Of a stretch of 64,000 nucleotides of DNA, positions 53,204 through 64,000 are shown piece after piece. Below the pieces are notes generated by a model. The model was not told the DNA's origin. It made no database searches and saw only the letters and a program-made list of their open reading frames with translations. Each line of letters begins with the position of its first letter. Within the stretch, counting starts at the first letter, position 1. A program made the position numbers and the translations under genes. Location of the stretch: NCBI GenBank assembly GCA_028534125.1, contig CM052817.1:32180001-32244000 (forward strand). The letters are read 5' to 3'. The stretch is from Lama glama (taxonomy: Eukaryota).

Positions 53204-53769
53204 GTTTAGAGCTTAAAAATCAGAGTATTAGCACCTACTGTACAGTTAGTGAGAAACAGTTGAGTAAAGTATAACTTTTAAGTGAAGATATTTGTTATCT
53301 TTTATTTTATATATTCTGATATTAGCTCTGGGCACAGTTAGAACTTCCTTACCCTAGTGATTAAAAAAATAGTAACGGTAAGCATTCCGTTTTTGTTACC
53401 TGGGCCAGAATGAGGAAAGTCAGTGGTTTTTTGTGTTCACTTGTGCTTGCATGCATATGTATCTGTGTGTTGTTTACCTATGTGCTTGCCAAGAGTTTCA
53501 CTTAAGAAAACACAAATTGTTCTTCTCTGTCATCCGGGGAAAGACACACTTGAGGTGGATGGTAAAACGTTTCAGATGATGCTGGTAGAGGAGTGCTCAT
53601 TCTTTCTGTAGGAACTGAAGTGCTTGAAAGGACTTCTCTTCTTCTTTTCACTTGAACCAGGAATAATAGACTTTAGTTTTCCTGAATTGAAATTGGAATC
53701 GAAATGGTTTTATGGCTTTATTTAAATAATTTTGGAACTGATCAACTTTTAATATCATTGACCATTTAC

Positions 53770-53990
53770 TCCTGGTAATAATGCTTTATTTGCACTGTGC
53801 CTTAGTTTGTGAGGACTTTTCACATTTGAGCCTCACGGCTCCCGCGACAGCTCAGGCTTTTTTCTGCACATTTTACAGATGAGGAAACTGAGGCTTAGAG
53901 GGGATTCGTGATTTCTGAAAGTAAGTGATAGGAATGGGAAGAAAACCTAAGACTTCTGATTCTTAAGTCACATTCTTCCTCTAACAACTG
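53770..53990 (-). mobile_element. MIR SINE
   Basis: cattttacagatgaggaaactgaggcttagag. Confidence 0.8.
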
Positions 53991-56669
53991 TTGCCTGATG
54001 ACAAATGAATTTTAAATAAAAGCCAAATCACCCTTTTACAAATGCACTTTCCTCTCAGCCTGCTCTAGAATTTTGGGGTTAGTCTCTGAAATCTCTCAAA
54101 ATTGTGTTTGTTGTGTTGGGGAACATCTCCTTGCGATTTTAAACCTTCTAACCCTTGCATTGCTCTCCACGCTGCCTCTCTTTGTTGCTTTCCAAATAGA
54201 GCGCACGATGGCTGCTTTTTTTTTTTTTAAGGATCCTTGTTATGATGAATGCACAGCCAAACTAAGATTTCATTCAAGGCTTTTGAGGAGGTGCCATCAA
54301 CATTTTTTCAGGCACATTTCTATTTGTCTTAAGAGAGTATAATATCCGTTTTTGTATTGTTCTAGATTCTTTTTTACATTTGCCTTTACAAAGAATATTA
54401 CACATTGCCAGGCCTTGCCCACTTTTTAAGGATCACATCATCTGGGAATTGAAATACACAGTTTCCTGGAAGAAGTCTATTTGTACGTTCACAGGGAGGG
54501 GCCCAGGGTTGGGGGCGTTCTGCAAACTCTGTCGGTAACTCTGCTCGCCACTCTCTGTGACACAGGAGGTGGCAGGTGGGTTCCTGTAGAATGCTGCCAC
54601 GGGGTCCTTGCACTTCATGATGCGGTGACAAGCCTGAGCCACTGTAAAGGAACTGAGGAAGCTGCTTTCTTTCTTCATGTGAAAGTCTGAGATTAGATTC
54701 CTTATCAACGAAGTGAAGATGATTACTCAGAATAACCTTTAGGGTTCTTTGTAGTTCAAAAATAGTGCAATTTCAAGTTTTAAGAACTTCTGCCCCTCCT
54801 CTCCTTCCTGCCTTCCTAGATTCGTCATTTGTTCTGCAAATATTTAAATGGCAGTGATGTGCCAAGCACAGTATTCTAGGTCCTGGGAAACAAAAGCCAG
54901 GAACAAGACAAAGTCCATTTGGGGCAGGAGCTTGGAAGCAGTGTTCAGGCAAAACATCCAAAAGTAGTAATAGGTCATTTCTCTTTATGCTGCTTGAATT
55001 AACTAACCAAGTACTGAATGTACAAGGTATGTGCACCCAGTAAATAAGAAAACTCAGAGGCTAATCATTTCTATGCTCTAAAGATGGCAAGTAGTTCATC
55101 TTTGAATGATCTGTTTTGTCTTCTGTTTTTCCTTTTTTGCTCATTTTTGGCTTTATTAAACCTGTCCAGTGAACCTTTTGGGGCTCAATCTGTAATTAAA
55201 GTGTATTTAACAAAACCTTTCTAAAAAAATTATTACCGTACAATAGGAGCATGCTAGAAATCAGAAGCCCATGAGTTTTGGCACCAGACGTTTTGAATCA
55301 GTTGTGCCACTCCCTGGTGTCCCTGGAAGCGTCCCTGAAACCAGGGTGGTGAAGTGATGACATGTGGCTTCCCCTGGGCACCCGAAGTCAGTCTCCTTGA
55401 CGCTGTCTAGAGCAGTGGTGAGCTTGGCCTCTCCAGGGCCACGTCTTGTGAGAGTCTTGGAAGAAGTGACGGCAGCTGGTAGGGGACGTCCATCCCTGGG
55501 CTCCCAGGGTCCCTCTCAGTCAGAGAAGGCCACAGCTCTTGTTTTAATCGACTATTTCATTTATTGCCTCATTCCAACATGTGAGTTTAAGGTTACCCCT
55601 GATGAATTAAGCTTACAGGGATGTTTAAGGTAAATAAAACCAAACCGAAAAAAATAAAGTGTGTTAGAGTTGCAGCTAACTTTGCATAGAAGCAATGATG
55701 GACTGGGAAAATACCTTTGGGCTGACTCAGTGAAGGGGCGAAGCCTGTCCCAGGGTCGTGGGGTAGAACTGCCTTTGACTTTGTAACCTTTGAGGATTAT
55801 TGACCGGATTCCTGTTGCTTCTGAATGTGTTACAGCAGCAAAGCTCAAAAAAGCCATGATTCCATAATACATGCATATTTTGTTGTGAGAAATGATGCTC
55901 CTCAGCGGTGTGGCACTGTCACTCTACGGCTCCCACAAGTTTTCTTATTTGTGGTACACAGAAAAGCCAGGGGAAGTGGGTTAAATGGTGTGGCTGCTTT
56001 TGAAAAGTCTCAGGCCAGGCCTGGTTCTTCACAGCCCCTTTGTTCTAACAAGTCCCTCTGCAGGTGGCCTTGTCGAGTGCCCACTAGGTGGCAGCCTGCG
56101 GTTCCGACCTGGGGACTTAGCAGCTGTCTCCTTGGTGGGGGTTAGTCCACAGCTCCATGAGACAAAGCCCCTTTAAAAGCAGGTTGAACTCTTTATTGAC
56201 AGTATCATCTCTAACCCATGTAACCATCCTTAGTGATACATGATGTGAAAAATCTACTTTGGGCAGTTTATGCTTGACACACCAGACAAGATCTGTGAGC
56301 GTCTTTCTTGATGTCTTTTGCCAGCGTGGCTGGACTCACTCCCAGGCATGCTGCAGAACTTCATGTTTTGTCTTGAGACGACTTTACTTTCTTTTAGCCG
56401 TGCAGCGGTTGTATAAATGAGTGGTTCCTGCTCTAGAATCAGTTGAAACAAACAACTGCTCTTCTTCCTGGGAGCCGGGGAACCTTGGCCTTAGATGTTT
56501 TGGGGTTAGCTGATTTCCCTCCTCTTTGACCATCCCCCATGTTACTACTAATAAAATATGTTATTTATGTACATGCTGGGAAAATCAAACCATATGGTAG
56601 AGTGCCCAACGCGACGTAAGCCCTGCTCCCACTCCTGCCTCTGAGACCCCCACTCACTGCGTTCTTGTG

Positions 56670-57150
56670 TATCCGTTTAGCCTTCATCACCCTCATTTCA
56701 GTTCTGGCATTAGATCTCTAACTAGGTTATCAATCAGCGTCTCTTTTTTTCCTTTCCTAACCCTTCTACACACAGATCCAGAATGGGCTTTTCAGAATGG
56801 AAGCCTGGTTATGGTCTCTCCCATGGTAGGGGGTGGCTTCCATTGTTTCCAGGATTTAAAAAAAAAAAAAACCCGAATCCAAAAACCCACTGTGGACCAC
56901 CAAAACCCTTTGTGGTCTGGCTCCATTTCAGCTTCATCTTGTACCACTTACCCTCTTACTCTACCCAGTCTAGTCAAAATGGTTTTCTTTTAGTCTTTGG
57001 ACTTGGTATGCTCCCTTCTGCCACTGGGCCTTTGCACATACTGTCCTGTAATCTGGAAAGCCCTCTCTTCCAAAAACATCTAGTTTCCACTTATCTTTCA
57101 GCTCTCAGCTTACACGTCAGTCCCTTAAAAGAACCTTTTCTGACTTCTAA
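56670..57150 (+). mobile_element. L2 fragment
   Basis: gggcctttgcacatactgtcc...tcagctctcagcttacacgtca...cttttctgac. Confidence 0.6.
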
Positions 57151-57599
57151 AATTGTCTAATTTTAATCTTTTTAAATTTTCAAACATGAAGAAATAAAGG
57201 ACATTCTAAATTGTTGTAGACTCATAGAAATGATACATTTACTTTAACTTTTGGCTTTTAGATATTTTATCATCTCAGTGGATCAGGAAGATTTTTTGTA
57301 GATAGCTACAAAAAAGCTTTCACAAACTTATTGCTAAAAATACATCAGTGTTCTCTGTTATGAACCATATTTTAATTTATAAAGTATTTAAATACTTACA
57401 TTGATAATATCTGTAATATGTATTATCCATACTTAGTAGGTAGCAGCTCTACAGAGAAACACAAGGAAACACATTCAGCATTGAAAAGCTTTCACATCGC
57501 CAGTGAAAACAGTGACTCTTGGTTCTCATTGTTAAGGGCTAGATATTATGAACAGAAAATTAGTTTGTAAAATAACCAGTTAGTCTACTTTCTTAAGGA

Positions 57600-58720
57600 A
57601 AATAAACAGTATGTCACTGACTTGTGAAAATAGGTTATCATCACCAGGGCTCCCTGGAGAAATGGCTGATTCAAGTCTAGGCTAGAGAGAGTACAAGGTG
57701 AGCTGGAATATTTTGTGCCAGAAAGCAAGGACATGCTCAGAGACTGTTGGGGACACGTCAGAAGGACCCTGGGCAGCTCGAAGGGGCCACTGCCCAAGTG
57801 AGGACGATTTGTGCATCAAAAAGAATGAAGACAGTAACAGATGACAACCCTGAATGAACAGCAAAAATCTTTAAGTCCAGAAGATAAGAAAGGTGGTGTG
57901 CAAAACTCTTCTTTCTAGAACAATTCCAGCCAGAAGCGTAAAAACATGATAGAGTTAGAAAAACCACCATTCTGCGTCTTCAAATGTAAAATGGATTCAG
58001 GAGGGATCCTCAGCAGATGTTAAAACCACCCGGTGAGAGGTTGCTGAGGAACAGGAGTCACAGTCTCAAGGAATCATCCCCAGATTACGTCCTGTTTCAG
58101 AGTGGGGAAGAGTACCATTAAGTGGAGACTGGCGGACATTACCTTCACCAAATGGTATTCTGGCGGTATCACCAGTGACAGGGCACACTGACATATGAGC
58201 CGCCTCGTGGGGGTGTACTGAGAAGGACATCACGTGGAGTGTCATTTAACCTCAGGGAATCACAGGGAAATTGCCTGACAAACAGATTCTGCAAAACAAG
58301 AAGTCTAGTCTCTTTAAAAATGACATTGTCAAGACAGACAGAAAAAGGGCAGGACACCCTTCTAGAGACTAAGGAGATAGCTGAAAGTGATGCGTGAGCT
58401 TTGAGTGGATCCCAGATGGGAAAAAAGCAGCAGCTATAAAGACAGTTGGGGGAACAGTTGGGAAATTGCACATTGGCCATGTATTAGCTAAGAAAGTTAA
58501 CGTTTCTAGAATATTAAGAATGATGATGGTATTTCAGCATTCAGGAGTAAAGTGGCATTATGTTGGCAATGTACTTTGCGAGTGGTACAGAAAAAAGTGC
58601 ACGTTGGAGGGGCGCACAAGCGTGACCATGTTCACGGTGAACCGAGGTGGGCATGTGGGTGCTTAGTTACTATTCCTTCAACTTTTCTGTACATTTGAAA
58701 TTTTTTAAAATAAAAACTTT
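57600..58720 (+). mobile_element. Old L1 (L1MC-like) 3' end in sense orientation
   Basis: ctccctggagaaatggctgattc...gtacaaggtgagc...gtgccagaaagcaagga; ends ttcaacttttctgtacatttgaaattttttaaaataaaa. Confidence 0.7.
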
Positions 58721-58851
58721 ATGGAAAAATACAGCTCATTGTGGACGTTTTCCAACCCCAGGGTTTTTATTCTTTCAGTATTGTGTTTTATATTATTACC
58801 CCACTTCAGAAAAAACTCGGGTTATAATTTGCCTTTATTCTGTTTTTCTAG

Positions 58852-58960
58852 ATGTGATACAACAGAAAAACTCAGAAATACTTTGGATTACTTAAGATCA
58901 TTATTAAATGATTCTACAAACTTTAAGCTTATTTACAGATATGCGTTTGACTTTGCACGG
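58852..58960 (+). CDS. DCUN1D4: DCUN1D4 exon 8, 109 nt ([36 protein letters not shown])
   Basis: Acceptor ttctgtttttctag|A; donor CGG|gtgagt; [11 protein letters not shown] motif. Confidence 0.96.
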
Positions 58961-60889
58961 GTGAGTTCTCTGGAGCCTATCCAGATGTTTCCCTCTCCTC
59001 CCTCCCCTTTTTATTGCCTGTTGAGGTTGTTTAACATGCTTCAGCAAGGAAGTTGAATGAGCTACTCCCAGGATGCTAGTTAGAACTTCTCTCTACATGT
59101 GTACTTTCTACACTGACTCTGATTTGAGCAAAAATCCAGTATGTCAGCAAAAGCTCTAGTGACGGACCTTTAATAGCTCTTGAGATTAGCTTAGAAGGAG
59201 CTTATAAATGAGCGTGTAATAGACACTATTCTAAAAGTCTCTTAGGTAAGTTTGGGAAAGCTTTACTTCCCACGAAACAGCAAACCTTCACCATTGAGTT
59301 TGCTGGAATCAGCTCTCAGATAGAAGCCAGTTTCCCTTTGGGTGCTATATTGTATCTGGAAATCATCTGAATTTTAAATGTGAGCTAACTTCAGTGGACA
59401 TTATTCAAACATAGTTTCCAGTCATCCTTTTGAGAAGTGATCATCTTGTTTGTCACAGTTCTACTGGGGTGAAATAAAGCTGTGTTTTTCAGCCTGGTCT
59501 CCATAGGTAGTGAATTCTGAGGCACTGGTTGGCATTGTGTTCATTCACAGCCCATGGCTGATACGTACAATTAAGCTGTATTCCGGAATGGTGGTTTCTG
59601 TTATGTTTGTATGTATGGTGGGTTTAGGGCACTAGCTTTCTAGAGTGATGATTTTTTTTTTAAGCAGAGAATTCAGTGACTTTTTTTTTTTCTTACCACC
59701 ATGTTGATCTTTTTCACTTTTTCCTTGCTTTGGCTCTGTTAGCTCAGCACCAAAGGTTTATTTGATGGTGAATTCTGGTGCATCTGTAATAACACATTAG
59801 TTGTTCCCTGTAGTGTCCTCATTTGTGAATTTTTGCATTGTGTTTGCAACCTTCAAATAAAATCAGGACATGCGTGGAAATGTATAGGTGTTAGAAGTGA
59901 TATGGTGAAATTCAGATGCAGTGTTTTAGTGGATGGTATTTCTATAATTGTAGATAAAAGTTGTTTGCCAGATGCTTTTAGAATGGATGCATAGTTTCTA
60001 GGATTAAATTTTTCTTTCATGGGTTTTTTTCCCTCCCTGAGGTCAACTGCTGCTTATTGTATGGCTGTAAATTTGTTTAGAAGCATTATGCCTTCTCACC
60101 AAAATAAGCCATATTTTCTACCATCCTTGTTTGGGGGTCAGATTTTCCCATGTGTCCACTGCTTTAGAACCAGGTTCCATCTTGCTCCTCCCTGGCTTTA
60201 TGTCCCCTTCTCAGTCAGTCACTGAGGCTCCTCTGTTCAGCTGCCTCTTTCTTGGTGCTTCCTCTACAGCCTTGGGGTTGAGGCCAGGCTCCTCCGCGCC
60301 TGCACTCCTGGGGCAGTCTTGTCTCCACGCGCTTTTCCTTTTCACCTGGTGCCGCCCATCAGCTCACAAAGCCAGCAGCACCCATCGCCTCCCTGTGAAT
60401 GCAATGCTTCCCCGTGTAGATGGCACAGTTTCTCCCACAACAACCCTGAGTGACAGACAGGGATCGTTTCACCATCCTTCACAGCAGAGGAAAGTGGAGC
60501 GATTGGGCCCGGGGCACATGGTCGACCAGCAGCAGATCCAGGACACAAACTCAGGTTGTGGCCCCAAGTCCCACCCGCGGATCACTCCAGGCCCTCACGT
60601 TCAAGTCCCGCGCTTCCTCTCCCACAAGATACCTGTGTGGTGGCGACATCCAACTAACTATTGGCTGACCCTGCTGCCTGCATCTTTGTCCTTGGCTCTC
60701 CTTGGAGCCCTTTCTGTGCTCCGACAGCTCCCTCCAGCATCGGGCTTCTGGGCCCAAGCCGCATGCTGCCACTTTCACGCAGCCTCCCCCGATCATCCCG
60801 CCCCAGAGATGTGTGCCTCCACTTACACAGCCTTTGTATCCTCTCTGTCTTGCCTGTGGAGTTTGGGGACAGGCCTTAGTTTTTTAATG

Positions 60890-63800
60890 ACAGATTAAGG
60901 GGCTATGTGTTTTATTTCTTCATATCCGTTGTAGCAGCCTGCCGAGATCTTTGCTTTTAAGGAGAATATCAGTAAATGTCAGTGAATTAAGTCCTTTCTG
61001 TAAGATAGATAACAACGACCCGTACTTAATCGTTACCAAAAAGATTCAGTTCAGCTAAAATAGGCTGTAAGATGAATTTGTTATTGAGTCCTTTTTTTGT
61101 TTTGTTTAGCTGTATCCCACAAGTTTTGAGACGTGTATTCATTTGCATTCAGTTCAGATATTTTCCAGTTTCCCCTGTGATTGTTTTTGACCCACTGGTT
61201 ATTTAGAAGTGTGTTGTTTGTGTTACTTTCCAACTGTTGAGAATTTTCCAAGTAATCTTTCTGTCGTTTCTGCTGTGGGCAGAGAACACACTCTATGCAA
61301 TGTCAGTCCACTTAAATGTATGGAGTCTTGATTTACGGTCCAGAATATGGTCTGCTGTGATGAATGTTTTAAGTGTACCTGGAAAGAATGAATATTCTGC
61401 TGCTGTTCAGTGGACTGTTTTATAAATGTCAATTAGATCAAGTTGGTTGATGGTTGTTGTTTAGGTCTTCTGAATCCTTATTGATTTCTGCCTACTGTTC
61501 CATCATTTCCTGAGAGAGGAACATTGAACTCTTCAACTATAATTACTCCTCCTGTTGCTTATATCATTTTTTGTGTCATGTATTTTGAAATTCAAACATT
61601 AGGTTTAGATATACTTAGTATTACTGTGTCCTTGAAGAACTGACCCTTCAGCAGTGTGAAATGTCTGCCTTTATCTGATAACATTCCTTGTTCTGAAGTC
61701 TACTTTATCTGATTCAAATGTAGCCATTTCTGCTTTTTTTTTAAATAAAAGTCTGTGTGATATGTCTTTTTTAATCCTCTTACTTTAAACCTATTTGTGT
61801 CTTTATGTAGTGGGTTTCTTATAGGTCGCATATGCGTAGTTGGGTCTGGCAGTATGTGTCTTAATTGAGGTATTTAAACCATTCACATTTAATGTATTTG
61901 TTGGTGTGGTTGAGTTTACATCTCCCATATTGCTGTTTATTTCCCTTTTTGTCCTACCTGTTTTTGTTCCTTTTTTCCTCTTTTCATACTTGTTTTGGAT
62001 TGGGGTTTTCTTTTTTCAGATTTATTTTAATCACTCCATTCCACTGTCATTGGCTGTGTGTCTGTTCTATGTTGTGTGTGTGATTGCTCTAGGCCTTACA
62101 GTTTACATCTTCAAATTTTCACAATCCGTCTTCCAGCATTGCACCACTTTATGCATAATGCAAGAACCTTTTACAATAGTGCACTTTCATTTTGCCCTTC
62201 CATACTTTCTGCTGCTGTTGTCATGCATTTTACTTATTCACACACTGTACATCTCATAATACATTTAGTCTGTTCAGGCTGCTGTAACAAAATACCAGAG
62301 ACTAAGTAGCTTATAAACAACAGAAATTTATTTCTCACAGTTCTGGAGACTGGGAAGTCTAAGATCACAGTGCCAGCAGTTTAAGTGTCTGACCAGGACT
62401 TACCTCCCAGGTAGCTGTCTTTTTGCCATAAGCTCACATGAGAGAAGGGAGGAGGGGCCTCTCTGCAGCCTCTTTTTTAAGGGCACTACTCCACGGTCAT
62501 GAGGGCCCCACCCCTGATCACCATCACCTTGGGGTTTAGGATTTCAACATACAGGTTTGGGAGGAGGGATAATGACATTCAGATCATAGCATATACTGTT
62601 ACCATTTTTCGCTTAAAAGGGCAAAAATAACCTTTTATATTTATCCGAATATATACCACTTTTGTGCTCTTTCTTCCTTTTGTGTAGATCCAGATTTCTG
62701 TCTGGTATCATTTATCTTTTGCCTAAAAAATTTCCTTCAGCGTTTTTCATAGTACAGATTTTTTGGTGATGAATCTCCAAGCTTTTATCTTGCCTTCAGT
62801 TTAGAATGTACTTCTCTGGATAAAAGATTCTAGTTTGACCATTTATTCTTTTACTACTTTAATGATGTCTCGCCATTGTCTTCTGTCTCGTGAGTTTCTG
62901 GTGGTAAGTCTGGTGTCATTCATTATTCCTTTGAACATAGTGTTTTGTTTTTTTTTCTGACTACTTTTATTCTCTTTTCAGCAAGTTGACTGTGACGTGC
63001 CTTGGCATAATTTTTGTTGTGTTTATTCTGGTTAGGACTTGTTGAGGTTTTTTTTGGATCTGTGGATTTATAGTTTGTATTAAATTGGGAAATTTCTCAG
63101 CTGTTATTTCTTCAACTATTTTTTCTGTTCTCCCTCTGTCTTCTGCCATTAGTGATACCTACGTTAGATGCTTGATATTGTCCCACAAGCCACCGATGCT
63201 GTGTTCCATTGTTTATTGTTGCTTTCCCTTTTTGTTTCCCTTTGGATTTTTTTTTTTTACTATATCTTCTAATACTAATATTTTCTTCTGTAGTGGCTAA
63301 TCTGCTGTTAATCCTGGCCAGTATATTTTTCATTTCAGATACTGTATTTTTCATGTCTAGAAATTCCATTTGTGTCACTTTATATCCATTTCTTTCATCA
63401 TGGTAATATTTTCTTCTACCATCTTGATCATCCAGAACTTGTCTATCACAGGTGTGTCAGCACCGTTTTCTTCTGGTCCCTTCATCTCTGTCATTTCTGT
63501 TTCTCTTTCTCTTGGTTACATTTTTTATGTTGGTTATGGGTTGTATTTTACAGCTTTTTGCATTCCTAGTAGCATTTTTTCTTTTTTTATTGGATGTTGG
63601 ATATTGTGAGTTGTATACTGTTGGTTGCTGGGGTTTTTTGTATTCTTTAAATAATGTTGGATTTAAATTTTTTTCTGGTGTATAGTTAAGTTATTTGGAA
63701 TCAGACTGATCCTTTGAAAGGACTGGTCCAGAGCCGCCTCCGTCTAGGGATGATTTAGCCCTACTAGTAAGACATTACCCTTTTGAGGACTCTGCCCAGG

Positions 63801-64000
63801 GCCCTGTGTGTTACATTATCCCCTGTGGCTGGTGGGAGTACGGACAATTCCCAGCCGCTGTGAGCTCCGGGAACTTCCGCATACTCTACTGCCAGCTTGG
63901 GGGGCTTTCCTCTCCAACATGCACAGGTGAGTCCTCGGCCACACCCTGTGGCTCTCCACATCTCTCTCTCTGCAGCTCCCATCTTGCTGATTTTTTGCCC
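60890..64000 (-). mobile_element. Decayed L1 5' half (5' region, ORF1, ORF2 endonuclease start)
   Basis: Minus ORFs 62967-63149 (EEITAEKFPNL.QTINPQIQ...PRHV.V.LLK) and 63112-63378 (MKNTVSEMKN.LARINSRL...EENIS) are ORF1p-like; 61220-61560 is endonuclease-like with stops. Confidence 0.88.
62260..62591 (-). mobile_element. MLT1A-like MaLR solo LTR nested in L1
   Basis: ttagtctgttcaggctgctgtaacaaaatacca...aacagaaatttatttctcacagttctggagactgggaagtc...acattcagatcatagca. Confidence 0.88.

Larger units (their letters stand above)
11385..58960 (+). other. DCUN1D4: DCUN1D4 gene, coding exons 1-8 (partial; continues past window end)
   Basis: Eight exons splice in frame to [206 protein letters not shown] recognise this as DCN1-like protein 4 (N-terminal part of the PONY/DCUN1 domain). 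Confidence 0.97.

Noticed and set aside
60131..60898. 255-aa ORF in intron 8
   Set aside because: Non-ATG start, GC-rich patch overlapping a MIR-like segment, and no similarity to the expected DCUN1D4 C-terminus or any domain I recognise.
1..64000. CRISPR arrays, operons, foreign or synthetic inserts, or another novel system
   Set aside because: I saw no repeat-spacer arrays, long intact ORFs or compositionally alien segments. The window is explained by one spliced mammalian gene plus decayed repeats.

Overview
Mammalian genomic DNA, most likely a camelid: there is a Vic-1-like tRNA-derived SINE at 52259-52385, and I saw no Alu, B1 or Bov-A/BovB. The window holds the 5' part of DCUN1D4 (DCN1-like protein 4, a cullin neddylation co-E3) on the + strand. 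This comprises a CpG-island promoter (~10.7-13.15 kb) and coding exons 1-8 (615 nt, 205 codons, MHSDAAAVN...YRYAFDFAR), all with GT-AG junctions and matching phases. The remaining exons lie beyond base 64000. The rest is intergenic or intronic DNA with decayed L1, L2, MIR, MLT1, Tigger and hAT elements; repeat family names were recognised by eye from remembered consensus sequences, and most repeat boundaries are approximate. I found no convincing novel biological system. The best leads concern DCUN1D4 5' architecture: two extra candidate first exons, an ATG-free run to an internal MPPRKKRR start, and an exon 5/6 junction that recreates a 5' splice site.
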